DNA of 64,000 nucleotides from Heterodontus francisci. Lineage: Eukaryota. The position numbers were made by a program, and so were the translations under genes. A model generated the notes under the pieces. It was given only the letters and a program-made list of their open reading frames with translations, ran no database searches and was not told where the DNA came from. Below are positions 24,426-37,326 of the stretch, in pieces (the first letter of the stretch is position 1; every line of letters begins with the position of its first letter). The stretch lies in contig NC_090384.1 of assembly GCF_036365525.1 (NCBI RefSeq), positions 34,047,966 to 34,111,965 on the forward strand, in the 5' to 3' direction.

Positions 24426-26099
24426 TAAAATACATAGTCTCCATTTTAAGGTCTTGCATTGTGTCCTTATTTTGTATCATAACTTGATTTTATATTATTC
24501 GCAGTTAATAAAGAAGGAAATAAAGAATTTGCATTTTTGTGGTGTCTTTCACACCCTCAAGACGTTTCAAAGTGCTTCACGATTAATGGCGTATTTTTGA
24601 AGTGGCTTTGCGGTTGTGATGTAGCAAATCGCAAAACTTACTACAATTTCACAAACAGAGAAAAGAGTTGGTTCAAACAGAAGCGTTTCTCTTTTGTACA
24701 GGTGAGGAACTGAGAGACTTAAGACTGAGGAGTTTGGCACATCCACAGACAGGAGGAAGTAATTACAGACTGATAGGTTTACAGGGGCAGTTCCCATTAC
24801 AAATATGGACATAAGAATTTATTAAGGCAAATTTTGACAAAAAAATGTGACAGCAGAAAATAAAGTTTTGCAGGCAGGAAATGCTTATGATTTTTAAAAA
24901 TTTGATCTCCTGTGGCATTTCTCATGGAGGAAAATAAGTCTCTCTCTTCCAACAAGTGTCGATTATTCTTTCCCACACTGATTTCCCACTCATCTTTCTC
25001 TCTCTTGGTGCTCATTTTTTTCATTCCATCTCTCCCTCTTATCTCCTTTTCCTTCCACTTTTTATGTAAACCTCTCCTTTCCATCTCCTCTGACTCCCTA
25101 TGTCTTTCATTCTCTGTTGCATTGTCACGCATGTTCCTTTAAAAATTTACTTAATTTCCTACCTTTTACTTTTTTTAGAACCCAGTTACAAGGTAAGATG
25201 GCATCAAATATGGTCTGAGGTGGGTACAGGGAACAGGTGGGAAGAAGCTATCTGGGTACAGCTAGAATACACCCACATATGAGAGAGAAATTGGAGGGTA
25301 GTGCTTGCAGATTTAGAGGAGAGTGGCTGAGGGATTTGGGCTGTAAGGAAGTGGAGCTGCGTTTGGTATAAAGGAAACAAATATTAGTGGGCCTAATACC
25401 CAGGAAAGAGTGGGTGGGGCTGGTAGAAGGATCTTTGACTTTGGGAGGGGTGGGAATTGGGCTGGGGTCTGGGTTACTTAGGTGGAATGGCGTCTATAGT
25501 TCTGAGCAGTGGAGCTTAGAAGCATGAGGATGGGCTGGGAACCCTGTTAGGGAGATAGGCCTGGCACCACTTGAGGGAGTGGCTGGGCTAGAGTGTGGGT
25601 TCGTTGAACATTAGGAGGGAATCTGGGAGCACGTGGGGTGGTCTGGGAGCAGTAATTGGTGGTTTGGAAGTACTTGGGATGCGTGGAGCACTCAGCTGGG
25701 CAGAGTTGGAGGTGGGCATCTGGGTGCATTGGAACCTGCAGCAGAATTAATCTTACAGTGGGTGTTCTAGAACTGTCACTTGGTTGTTAACAGTCCACTT
25801 TTAGAAACTGTGTGATTTTAGCATGTCAGATCTAGATTGTAAAAATTCTACATTCCTTTCAATCCAATTATTGTTTTTATATTGTTAGTTTCTATTTTGC
25901 TTACGTACTACACATTCCTTTTCCATTTTGTATCTACTGACTGTTTAAATGTTATGCCATAGCCACCAATTACTTATATTATTGCTTTGCAATAATTAGC
26001 TTTAATTCCAGTTGCAGTTGTCATTTTGATTCCAACTCTAATTATGGTTTATAGCCAAACTCACATATGGTATTCTTTATAACTGTGATCACAGTACAT

Positions 26100-27115
26100 T
26101 ATCCCTCCTAACCTTCCTTGATCTTTCTGCATAATTTGATGCAGCTGACCACACGTTCTGCTCCAATGCTTCTCCATTGTACAATTCCATGGGACTGCCC
26201 TAACATGGTCTTATTCCCAACTTTCCGAATACAGCCAGTGTTTCTCTCATAATGGCTTTTCCTCCCTTCCCTACACTGTCATCGACCAAGGCCCTTTCCT
26301 CATGCTTAACTAAATACTACCCTTCAGTGACCTTGTCTGCAACTTCCATGTGATGATATCCAGCTCTATCTCTCCATCATTTCTCTCAAACCCTTAGATG
26401 CCTTCATGTTGTCAGACTGCTTATCAAATGCCAAACCCTGAATGATTCAACAACTTCCTCTGGCTCAACAACAAGGACATTGAAACCATGATGGTTGACC
26501 CCATCATAAACTCAGCTTCTTTGTCAATGACTCCTTCTCCCTACAGGCCCAGTCTCTCAGGCTGAACCAGACTGTTTGCAATCCGAACTGAGTTTTAACT
26601 CCTCCTCCACCCCACCCCCACCTCGAGATGGACATTTTTCCATGTTTGATGAGCACTGCCTCCATTCTTGATGGACAATTCCCCATGTGCAATGGACATT
26701 TCCCTATTTTTGTTAGATATTTTCCCATTGTTGATAAATTTCCTCATGTGTGATGGACACGTTCCAATATGTGATGGACATTTTCACGTGGTTGTTGAAA
26801 GTTTTTTGTCACTCCTCCAAGAACTCTGCATTGCCCCATCCCTAGCTTCCTATTCATCTCCCACCTCCTTTGCCCCACCATTGGCACCCCTGCCTTCAGC
26901 TGTCTAGGCCCTAAATTCCAGAATTCCTTTCCTAAATTTATCTACTTCTCTATCCTCCTTTAGAACCTACCTCTTTGACCAAGCTTTTGGTTAACTGTCC
27001 TCAAGTTGCTTCCTTTGATTTGGTGTCAATTTGTGTCTGTTTACGATTCCTGTGAAGCACCTTGGGACATTTTACCATTTTAAAGGCACTATATAAATGC
27101 AAGTTACTGCTGTTT
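26100..27115 (+). mobile_element. L2 LINE, decayed, containing a 21-bp minisatellite
   Basis: LLDLSA*FDAADH, DDIQLYLS and LSDCLS remnants; tail gtgaagcaccttgggacatttt...gcactatataaatgcaagtt. Confidence 0.75.
26627..26793. repeat. ~21-bp tandem repeat, about 8 degenerate copies
   Basis: Unit approx. GATGGACATTTYCCCATGTGT, e.g. gatggacaattccccatgtgc / aatggacatttccctattttt / gatggacacgttccaatatgt. Confidence 0.8.
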
Positions 27116-28499
27116 TAGAGAGGGGGAATGCCAAACAGGGTGCTTGTGCCTGACTCTTGCATATGTAGATGAGGGATGAATAGGATCTGCCTTGGGCCAC
27201 TCACTTGTGATTATGCATCACAGGGTTTGAAATGCCCTGTAAGTATGTGGAAAAGTAGATTGGGAAGGGGAGTGTTTCTACTAAGAGAGGATCTGATGGT
27301 AATCAAAAGAGACAATTAAATCTGAGATGAGGGGAAGGCTACAGTCCATCTGGGTGGAAATTTGTGACAGCAAAGGGTACAATATTAATGATTGGGAATT
27401 GTTGCTCTCCCATTAGACACAACAGAAGAAACTGATGTGGAATCAATCAGGTGGAGGAGAAAACAAACACACTGAATTTAACTACCTAGAAATTAAGTAA
27501 AATTGACAGTTAAGATTTTTCGAAAGAAACAATTTGGGATTTAGTGGACGACTGCCTCTGTTGTAAAGGGACCAGGAAACAGGCTGTATTTGAGTTAATA
27601 GCCGTGAGCGTGAGGTGGTGGAGGTTGGAAACCTTTTATGCACCAGTCATCAAAATGACATTAAACCTGACCCCCACGAAACAAGCCAGAGCAAAGGGAA
27701 ATAAAGTGAATTCGCAGATTTCAACAGCAGGAGCTTAAAGCACCAGCAAACAAGCACAGGAGTAACAGGACAGGGGGAGAGGGGAACGACGTCAGCAAAA
27801 TGGAGAATATTTAAGCATTAATTGGGAAGAAAATAGATGTGGGAGGAGACAATGAAAACCTAGACCCAGGTGCTGAATTAATGTGGTTTGAGCAAGAAAG
27901 AAGGAAAGAAAGAAATTTCTATTTTTCCTTCAAGTTACGTTTATAGAGCACATTAAAAGAAACATTTAAAAAGTCTTAAGCTATTAAAATGCGATGGGAA
28001 ATAGGAAGATTGGAAACTATTGGACAGAAAACACAGAAATACATGTTCAATTAATGAGGTGCTGGAATCTTTAATATCTGTTTGAACAAAAATAAAGGTC
28101 CTCAGTTTTAATGTCTTAATTGAAGAATGATGCAGCACTTCCCCAGTACCGCACTGGAGTCTAAGCGTACATCAATGATACAAGTGCTGCCAACTCAAGT
28201 AAGCTGACATTTCGTTGGTTAACTTGGCAGCCTTAAAGGGAAAAATATTTGAGCCTATTATAACAGGAAGTAACTTTTGGAACAACATCTAAGCCATCAT
28301 CAGATTATGACAGTAAAGTCATGGCTAAGATGTAATTGAGTTGGTGAATGAGGATAAAGCAATGGATATCATGAATGGGTGATTCCGCAATCTGGTACTC
28401 CAGGTGCAGAAAAACAAATTGAAATTATATAGCGGTTTTGAGGCTATTACAGGAGAATAATTAAACAAAAATTGATACGACGCCAAAGAAAGAGGCATT

Positions 28500-28890
28500 A
28501 GGACAAGTGAGCCAGCGTTTGAGCAAAGGGGTAGATTTTAAGGATCTTCTTAAAGAAGGCAAGAAATGGAGATGTAAAGAGGTTTAGGGAGGGAATTCAA
28601 GAGCTTAGGGCCTAAAAGGCACAGTCTCCAATGGTGGGAAGTGGGGGATGCACAGAGTTGGAGGAATGCAGAGATCTCAGAGGGTTGTAAGGCTGGAGGC
28701 AGTTACAGAGTTAGGGAGGGATGTGGCCATGGAGGATTTTGAACACAAGGATGAAAATTTTAAAATCGGGATGTTACTGGGCCCAGAGCCAATGTAGCTC
28801 AGTGAGCTAGAGGGGACGGATGTATTGGAGTTGATGCAGCGTTTAGGGTGGACTTAAATTTATGGAGGGTAAAGGATGGGAGATCAGCAG
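28500..28890 (-). mobile_element. L2 LINE 3' fragment
   Basis: gaggtttagggagggaattcaagagcttagggcc...gagttggaggaatgcagagatctc, as at 20400-20600. Confidence 0.7.
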
Positions 28891-29261
28891 TTGGTTGGAG
28901 TGCGTTGTGAGAAATTGCGGGAGGGAATTGTGATTTTGCGTGAATTAATGTTAGTAGATGGGAATTCAGGAGCTGCAGAACTGCAATTTCCCACAATGCA
29001 CACCCTGGGCAGATTTCTTATTCAGTAGGCTGTAAAAGGATATGGATTTAGCAGTGAGGTGGAGAGGATTAAAAGTGGTCTGAGTTTCTTAGTGATGGCA
29101 AAACCTAAGTAGGTGAAATAACACTGTCTTGTTCTTACTTCAGATTCTTATAAGTAATATTTTTAAAGGGTTATTTTTCTACCTATACTTAGAACGCAAT
29201 GTTCACAGTCAAGAGAAGGTATTAGAGTGGACCATGTGTACCCATTTATTCCCACTGAATA

Positions 29262-29716
29262 AATATTTAATGGACTAAACCCTTCCTGTTTATGCCACTA
29301 AATAAAATTACAATGGATCAGATCCCAGCCTATTCACTACCTTTGTGTAAAATTCCAGTAAATCAAATCCCATCCTATTTGAAACCTTGTGTGAAATTCC
29401 AGTAGATCAAATCCCATCTCATTCACTACCTTTGTGTGGAATTCCAGAAGATCAAATCCCATCCCATTCATTATCTTCGTGTGAAATTCCAGCAGGTCAA
29501 ATCACATCCCATTCATTACCTTTGTGTGGAATTCCAGCAGGTCAAATCCCATACTATTCAGTGCCAATTTGTCGCATTCCAATGGATAAAACAACCTTCT
29601 TACTCACTCCCATTGTATAAAATTCCATTGAATCAAATCATATCAAATTCGATCTCAATGGCTAGAATTTTGATGGATTAAACCTTTCTCATTCACTCCC
29701 ATTGGGAGAATTTCAG
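29262..29716. repeat. ~45-bp minisatellite, about 10 copies
   Basis: Unit approx. AATTCCAGTAGATCAAATCCCATCCCATTCACTACCTTTGTGTGG; best-matching copies 29351-29575, decaying outwards. Confidence 0.88.
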
Positions 29717-30139
29717 ACCGGAAGACAAAATGTTTCCAAATAATCCATTACTAACTTGTTACACACTTAATATAGTTAGCCCAGTGCCAATTCAACTTGA
29801 AGACTATGGTTTACTCCAAAAAATGAATCACTTGCGTGAAAAACATGAGAAATAATTTCTCTGCTTTCTATATTTAGAGCATTGATAAATGTATTTTTGG
29901 TAAATAGATTTAGAATTTCTCTACATATAGCAACAAGACCACTTTTTCCCCTGCTTAATGCTTCTCCGCTTCTAATATCTGCTGTAGTTCTTGTTTGGAT
30001 TAATGAAGGATTCAATGCTGGCTGTACAGAGACTCACAAACTGGTTATTTCCATCCAGAGTTCATAGAAATCTCCATTCAAGTGAAACTTTGATCTATAT
30101 GGAACATTTCTTGGGAGAGGAATTCTATCTTTACCAGAG

Positions 30140-31270
30140 TTTTTTTTATTCATTCTTGGGATATGAGCATCACTGGTAAGGCCAGCATTTATTGCCCATC
30201 CCTAATTGCCCTTGGAAGGTGGTGGTGAGCTGCCTTCTGGAACTGCTGCAGTCCTTGTGGTGTTGGTATACCCACAGTGCTGTTAGGGAGGGAGTTCGAG
30301 GTCTTTGACCTAGTGACAGTGAAGGAACGGTAATTTATTCCCAAGTCAGGATGCTATGTGACTTGGAGGGGAACTTGCAATTGGTGGTGTTCTCATCTGT
30401 CTGCTCCCCTTGTCCTTCTAGGGGTAGAGGTCGTGGGTGGCTTGGCATGTTGCTGCACTGCATCGTGTACATGGTACACACTGCTGCCACCGTGAGCCGG
30501 TGATGGAGGGAGTGAATGTTTAAGGTGATGGATGGGGTGCCAATCAAGCTGGCTGCTTTGTCATGGATGATGTCCAGCTTCTTGAGTGATGTTGGAGCTG
30601 CACTCATCCAGCCAAGTGGAGAGTATTTCTCTTGGCTATGCCTTGCCGATGGTGGACAGGCTTTGGGGAGTCAGTAGGTGAGTTACTCACAGCAGAATTC
30701 CCAGCCTCTGACCTGTTCTTGCGGCCATACTATGTATATGGTTGGTCCAGTTAAGTTTCTGATCAATGGTAACCCCCCCAGGATGTTGATGGTGGGGGAT
30801 TTAGCGATGGTAATGCTGCTGAATGTCAAGGGGTGATGGGTAGATTCTCTCATATTGGAGATGGTCATTGCTTGGCACTTGCATGGTGCGAATGTTACTT
30901 GCCACTTATCAGCCCAAGCCTGAATGTTTCCCAGGTCTTGCTGCATGCGGGCACAGACTGCTTCAGTATCTGAGGAGTTGTGAATGGTACTGGACACTGC
31001 ACAATCATCAATGAACATCCCCACTCTGTTAGAGGGAAGATTGATGAAGCAGCTGAAGATGGTAGGACTTAGGAAACTTCCCTAAGGAACTCCTGTAACC
31101 ATGTCTTGGGGCTGAGATGATTGACCTCCAACAACCACAACCATCTTCCTTTGTGCTAGGTATGACTCCAAGCAGCAGAGAGTTTTCCGCCTGATTCCCA
31201 CTAACTTCAATTTTGCTATAGTCCTGGGTGCCACGCTCGGTCAAATGCTGCCTTGATGTCAAGGGACATG
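30140..31270 (-). mobile_element. CR1-superclade LINE, family B
   Basis: MFIDDC, MQQDLGNIQAWADKWQVTFAPCKCQAM, SAAPTSLKKLDIIHDKAA; family-B tail. Confidence 0.9.
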
Positions 31271-31879
31271 CATTAAGGAAAGTGAATCTGCACAAAAGCA
31301 TCACACCTAAATTGGAGGGCTGCCAAAACCTCCCATAGAGCTTCAAGCTATAACTTCATTGTGAGATGACTGGAATTTTTTTTAAATCATCAGAGGAAAA
31401 GCTGGAGAGAAGAGCTGGTTATCCTAACCATTTTTATATTCACTAATATGTAATTCTGCCAAGGCATACCTTTAACACTAATCTTCTGAAAAGCAAAGAT
31501 TCTTTTCGAGTTGTGAATTATTTTTGTCTTCTCTCCCTTTTATTCTGGCAGGTCTTCCTGCATCATGCCCCACGTCTTTCCCTAGGCCTTTGTTCAGCAG
31601 TGAGGAGGAGTGTGAGGGCAGCTCAAAGCAACCAACTCTCTCTAATTTTATCACCACTTCTCATTGCAAGCTATCTGATCACGTCTTAGTGTTGCCCCTA
31701 TTGATAGCTGAGATCTGGAATCGATTGAGTAAGGAATCGGCCATGAACCTATGTGCTCTCACTCCATGGTACAACACATTAAGGTTCCTCTATGGTAAGA
31801 GTGACTATTATGAAGCACTGATAGTATTCCTGACCTGAGGTTAGAAAAGGGATTCCCGTGGGAAAAGGCCAATGGCAAG

Positions 31880-31995
31880 GCAATAGGGGAAAAATGTCCG
31901 TCCACACTTTTTTTGTCTTTCTTCCTGATGGTGCATTGGTGTAGAGTACCTTCTGGCCATTACCCGAGTGGCCACCCTTCATATGTGAACCTCCA
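31880..31995 (-). mobile_element. LF-SINE-like 3' fragment
   Basis: ttcctgatggtgc...cccgagtggccacccttcatatgtgaacct. Confidence 0.45.
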
Positions 31996-32489
31996 CTTGC
32001 AGAACTGCTAGGATTTGGATGTAAAATTTAAATACATGGAAATCTAAGCTGAGAATAATAATGGATTCAAAAATGCCAGGAAATACACCAACTCAGTTCC
32101 AACACTTACACATTTTTGCTTGGTAATGCCCTCAAACCCTTCTCCAGAAAATACATCTCATGCCTTCAATACTTACATTCTCCCTTCAGTAATTTCCACT
32201 GCTGCAAACTGCAGTAAAAGTGATTAACGTCATAAGGCTATATCTGTAGCTTAAGTTATGACAGTCTTGTGTGCTGCTGACCTTTGAGTCGAACTTCTTG
32301 TCTTCATATATCAAAAGGTTCTACTTGTGTAGTTAAGCAACCATCATCAACAAATGAGGTAATAGACAGTATCAAGCTAAACTAAAGGCTTACACTAATA
32401 CAAGGAAAGGCAGAAATCCAGCGGATTGGGATAAAAATGACTAATGGATACAAAAAAGTAATAAGAGGTGTAAAAGGGAATATGAAAAT

Positions 32490-33645
32490 TAAAGGGTGAT
32501 TTGATCGAAGTTTTCAAGATATTAAGGGAAACTTATTCTTCTTCTTCTTTGGCCTCCTTGTCTCGAGAGACAATGGGTAAGCGCCTGGAGGAGGTCAGTG
32601 GTTTGTGGAGCAGCGCCTGGAGTGGCTATAAAGGCCAATTCTAGAGTGACAGACTCTTCCACAGATGCTGCAGATAAAATTGGTTTCCGGGGCTGTTACA
32701 CAGTTGGCTCTCTTACACTTCTGTCTCTTTTCCTGCCAACTGCTAAGTCTCTTCGGCTCGCCACTCTTTAGCCCCGGCTTTATAGCTGTCCGCCAGCTCT
32801 GGCGATCGCTGGCAACTGACTCCTACGACTTGTGGTCAATGTCGCAGAACCTCATGTTGCATTTGCAGACGTCTTTAACGGCCGGTGGGTCTGATACCAG
32901 TGACGAGCTTGCTGTACAAGCATCTTATGGGGATCCTGCCATCTTCCATGCGGCTCACATGGCCAAGCCATCACAAGCGCCGCTGGCTCAGTAGGGCGTA
33001 TATGCTGGGGATGTTGGCTGCCTCGAGGACGTCTGCATTGGAGATACAGTCCTGCCACCTGATGCCAAGGATTCTCCAGAGACAGCGAAGATGGAATGCG
33101 TTGAGACGTTGCTCTTGGCTGACGTACATTGTCCAGGCCTCGCTGCCATAGAGCAAGGTACTGAGGACACAGGCTTGATACACTCGGACTTTTGTGTTCC
33201 GTGTCAGTACGCCATTTTCCCACACTCTCTTGGCCAGTCTGGACATAGCAGCAGACGCCTTTCCCATGCGCTTGTTGATTTCTGCATCGAGTGATACAGG
33301 GGAACAGATATGGAATAGAGAGAGAAACTATTTCCACTGGTTGGGAAATTTAGGACTAGAGGATATAGCCTAAAAATTAGAGACAGGCTTTTCAGGTAAA
33401 GTTAGGAAACCATTCTACACGCAAAGGATGGTTGAAGTTTGGAACTCTCTTCGGCAAATGGCGGTTGATGCTGAGTCACATGTTAATTTTAAATCTGAGA
33501 TCAATAGATTTCTAGCAACCAAAGGTATTAAGAGATATGGGACAAAGGTGGATATATAGAGATAGGTCATAGGTTGACCATGATATCATTGAATGACAGA
33601 GCAGGCTTGACGTTTTAAATGGCCTACTCCTGTTCCTATGTTCCT
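32490..33645 (+). mobile_element. CR1 LINE 3' fragment, interrupted by an RTE
   Basis: GDLIEVFKILRE (32495-32530) resumes at ggaacagatatgg...ctatttccactgg (33300-) and ends with ggcctactcctgttcctatgttcc. Confidence 0.8.
32535..33297 (-). mobile_element. RTE-clade LINE, 5'-truncated
   Basis: MGKASAAMSRLAKRVWENGVLTRNTKVRVYQACVLSTLLYGSEAW; (gaa)n tail; same family as 44208-45405. Confidence 0.93.
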
Positions 33646-33774
33646 AAGTTACAGTATCCACCAGATCACGATAGGTGGCGCCGCAGAGCGATTAAAACTT
33701 ATACCCAGCAGTGCCACTAGGAGGAAGTATAATGTACTGCACCTATTTCCATTGCAATCTGAAACAGAATCAGT

Positions 33775-34564
33775 AGGCTCGATTTGAAGAGCCCACCACC
33801 GATCTTGGCGGCGAGGTCAAAAAATGAGAGCCGCCACAATCTCCCGCACGGCAGCTCATTTAAATAGCCAGGGCGGCCCGCAGACCCCCCAATCACATGG
33901 AGGGGGCGGGCTGTCCATTCCCAGCAATCACATCAGCTGTCTGTGCGTAGGCGCTGGCACCGTTTTTAAAGGGTAGCCAGCCCTGTCGGCTCATTTACAT
34001 TTTTAAAGAAGTAACCCCCCAAAATTGATAAATAAATTTATAATGCCCCTTTCCCACCCCCAATAACAATTACATTTACTATTTGCCCTTTTCCCCCAAA
34101 ACACTTACCTTTTCCATCTGGCCTACCCCTCCAAACTGCACAAAGTTTAAGGTTCAACCCTTCCCACCATACCCCACACCTATTAAATTTATTTGACCCC
34201 GACCCGCCACCCCCTCTGCACTGACAAACTTACCTCCACCCCCCCCCCCCCCTCCCCACCAGTGTGGCACCACGTTTCCCTGGACAGGAATCTGAAGGTA
34301 CGGGAGTGCCAGCTGACCACCGTAGATCCGGCCCACAAGATCACAAGCAGGTCTATCTAAATGTATTCATTTTATTGATTTCAATATGTTAATTGTGGTC
34401 TTGTCGCCCAGCGGCGGGGAGGCCGCCACGGAGCCTTGGCCCCACCAGCAGGATCAGGCTGGGCCCTCCCGGCGTTGAAGTCCATGGCAGGCCTCATTCG
34501 AAGTCACTGTCAGGGTCCCCCCCACCACGGAACCCGATGCCTGGGGGAGAACAAAATCCAGCCT
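33775..34564. mobile_element. Non-autonomous Harbinger-type element (MITE)
   Basis: TIR aggctcgattt / aaatccagcct (1 mismatch), flanked by a 3-bp repeat agt; internal similarity to 49760-50572. Confidence 0.75.
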
Positions 34565-34567
34565 AGT

Positions 34568-34690
34568 AAATGCTGGAAATTACTCAGAAGGTCAGGCAGC
34601 ATCTGCATAGGAAGGAGAATAGATAATGTTTCAGGTAGAATTTTCTATTTCTGATTCCGATTTCCAGCATCTGCAGTATTTTATTTTATG
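34568..34690. mobile_element. Decayed Penelope-like fold-back element
   Basis: aaatgctggaaattactcagaaggtcaggcagcatctg...tttccagcatctgcagtatttt. Confidence 0.65.
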
Positions 34691-34880
34691 AACATACGAA
34701 CATATGAATTAGGAGCAGAAGTAGGCCATTCGGCCCCTCTAGCCTGCTCCGCCATTCAATAAGATCATGGCTGATCTGTTGGTGTCTTGAATTCCACATC
34801 CCACCTACCCCCGATAACCTTTGATTCCCTTGCCTAACAAAAATCTATCTACCCCTGCCTTCGAATTATTCAATGACCCC
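34690..34880 (-). mobile_element. CR1 (HER1-like) 3' end, left part; continues at 39096-39390 after the Harbinger insertion
   Basis: ...attcaatgaccc | ctgcctccacc... rejoin into contiguous CR1 sequence. Confidence 0.85.
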
Positions 34881-35299
34881 GGCCAGAATTTTACCGTTGA
34901 CGGTGGCTCAGAGTCCAATGAGGCAGAAGCGGGTGAAGAACTTGTTCCTGCTCCACAACTTGTTGCCGCCAGTATCATGCGCGGGGCAGCCAATTAGCGG
35001 CCCCGCGGTGTACTTCTGACTGAAAAGGGCACGCGCGGGCAGGAGGCTGAGCAGGGGTGGGGCAAGAGCTGGAAGAGTCTGCTGAAAACCATTTAAAAAG
35101 GCTTTCAGCAATCTCTGTGGCTCATAAAGGCTTACCTGAAGCAAGAAGGAGGACGTTGATAGGAGACACTGAACACATGTGAGGGAAAAACATGGGTCCG
35201 AGGCTGAAAGGACCGTAGGAGATCTGCAAGTGCTCACCAGGCCAACACTTTAGAAAAATCAGAACCCCACCAGAAGCATATTGCAGGTATAGAAGGGAG

Positions 35300-37090
35300 A
35301 AGTAGCCGCATGGCCCCCTGCTCTCAGAGGAATCCTTACAGGTCCTCCTCCAGGTGGCTGAGGCAAGGTGGGAGGACCTCTGACAATCCGACAGAAGAAG
35401 GAGGCCTTCCCATGTTACAAAGAAGGCGTGGCTGGAGGTTACGGAGGAGGTCAGCAGCCGTGGCATTGTTAGGAGGACATGGCTTCAGTGCCACAAGCGG
35501 GTCAATGACCTTCTGCGCTCTGCCCGGGTAAGGGGCGTTCTGCATTCATCTCATCTTTTATGTGAAATGGGAGGGTCAATGAATGCTGAAGCTGCAAGGT
35601 GGAAACCATCCATGTTCAGTGCTTGGCTGCAGCCATGCCTTGGGCCGCATAATGGGCACATCTGTGACGCTCAGTAGTCCAGATGTGTCCCATCTGTGTA
35701 CTTCACTGGCATTTGTTTGAGATGCAGCATTCAGCACAAGGGACGAGCGCGTGATCTTTCAAGTGATATGTCTTAACTAAGTCCTTTGTGTATACACAGG
35801 AGAAGAGGGCACATAATGCCCGAGAGAGGTCCCCGACCGGTGGCGGCGTGGCCAACCATATCTGAGCAGACCAGAGGAGGATGCTGGCAGGAGAGGATGG
35901 AGGATGCTCTATAGCTGAGAGTGAGTACCCCAGTATGTGGCTGAGGAGTGGGGGGGGGGGGAGGGGGCAGGCATGTGGCACAGTGATTGTCTCAGGCACT
36001 GACGGTTGCTCCCACACAGATGCCCACAATGCAGTCTATAACATGTCCTCCAGTCAGGGGTGCTGATCACAACTGATCATTCTGATTTTCCCTGCAGGAG
36101 AAACACAGCAGCCGCCAGGCAATGTTTCCAGGGCCCATCCGTCCACCTCTGAGGATGAGGATGGGACCTCAAAGGGTGCAGCGTCACATCCTCGCACCGC
36201 ACCTCGGTTAGGATGCGTGTCTCCTTGGATTTGTGGTCACAACCTGGTGTCAGCACCACACAATTGCCGGGACAGCTGCCAGAGGCAGTGCCAGCCGAAG
36301 CCTCTGACAATCGGAGGACTGTGGGAGGCCAGGCCAGTGCAGAGCCACAAGCTGATGACAAGTCTCTGATGACATCCATTCGGCGGGAGATGCTGCAAGT
36401 GTAGCGAGCGGTGTGTGGAGATCTGGTGAAGTTACCAGAGACTTAGCGTACTATGACTCAGACTTTGGAGATGTCCATCCAGGGCCTGAGTGCCGCACAT
36501 TCTCTGTCATCTGTCCATCTAGCCTTCTCCATTGACAGATTGGTGGCTGTAGTGGAGAGGCCAATCCTGGATGCAATGCATAACCTCACAGAGACCTCAC
36601 ATGCTCCTTGGACCAGAGCATTTCGAGAACAGAATCTGATGCGCATGCAACAGTTTGAAGCTGCTCATCCCTCTGATGTTAGCACTGAGGACCAATCGAA
36701 CCTCAGGAGGGCACAGGGGCAGCAGCAGATTTCAGATGGGAGGTCCTCTCACGGTGCTTCTGATGCATCCTGCAGCTCCTTGTCCCCTCTGCCAGTGACA
36801 TCAGCACCGCATACTCCCAGGGTGTCAGAGGTTGTTCCTGAGACGTCTCAGGGTCATTTTGACATGCTGCAGCCCGCACGGCCTTGGGCAGGCAGAAGAC
36901 CCCTGCCAAAGTCATCTGGAGCAACACGGCAGCCTGATCAGCCACCTGCCTCTGGTGTGGCTGGTGGCGAGGGGTCGTCCACACGCACGAGCACTCACAA
37001 AGGTTTCGAAAAATCACGGCAACAGCATTCCGGGGTAACAGGTGCAATATGTAAATTTTTATTTCATGTATCAACACACTATAAATAATA
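35300..37090 (+). pseudogene. Harbinger Myb/SANT-like gene remnant, 3 exons (~35300-35527, 35800-35920, 36098-~37090)
   Basis: SEESLQVLLQVAEARWEDL...KKAWLEVTEEVSSRGIVRRTWLQCHKRVNDLLRSAR|gtaagg; cag|EKRAHNARERSPTGGG...|gtgagt; ttttccctgcag|; AATAAA 37087-37092. Confidence 0.82.
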
Positions 37091-37326
37091 AAACTTTACA
37101 CTTGGCATTTTTACATGTCAAACGTCATTGCTGTTGTTGTAGGTGATATGGTTGCTCTTCATAAGAAGGGTTATTTGAGATGCGACACATTTGGGCTGGG
37201 TGATGTTTGATGGAAAGGTGGCCCGGTTCAGATCAGATTTCCCCCTGAAGGTGAGTACCTCTGCCATTCCAGCTCCTGTCATTGACTCCTCTCAGACTGC
37301 CATGTCAGTTTATGGTTGATGAGACT

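Noticed and set aside
24670-24780. Plus-strand acceptor ttctcttttgtacag followed by a short open frame
   Set aside because: The donor is weak and the peptide unrecognisable; probably a chance splice-like site.
25400-25740. G-rich tract with possible G-quadruplex or tandem structure
   Set aside because: No clear period or function could be established; treated as low-complexity sequence.
29262-29716. Regularly spaced repeats resembling a CRISPR array
   Set aside because: Vertebrate DNA; whole units are homologous with no unique spacers, and there are no cas genes.
36453-37088. 211-aa ORF as an independent gene
   Set aside because: It is the low-complexity last exon of the Harbinger Myb-like gene.
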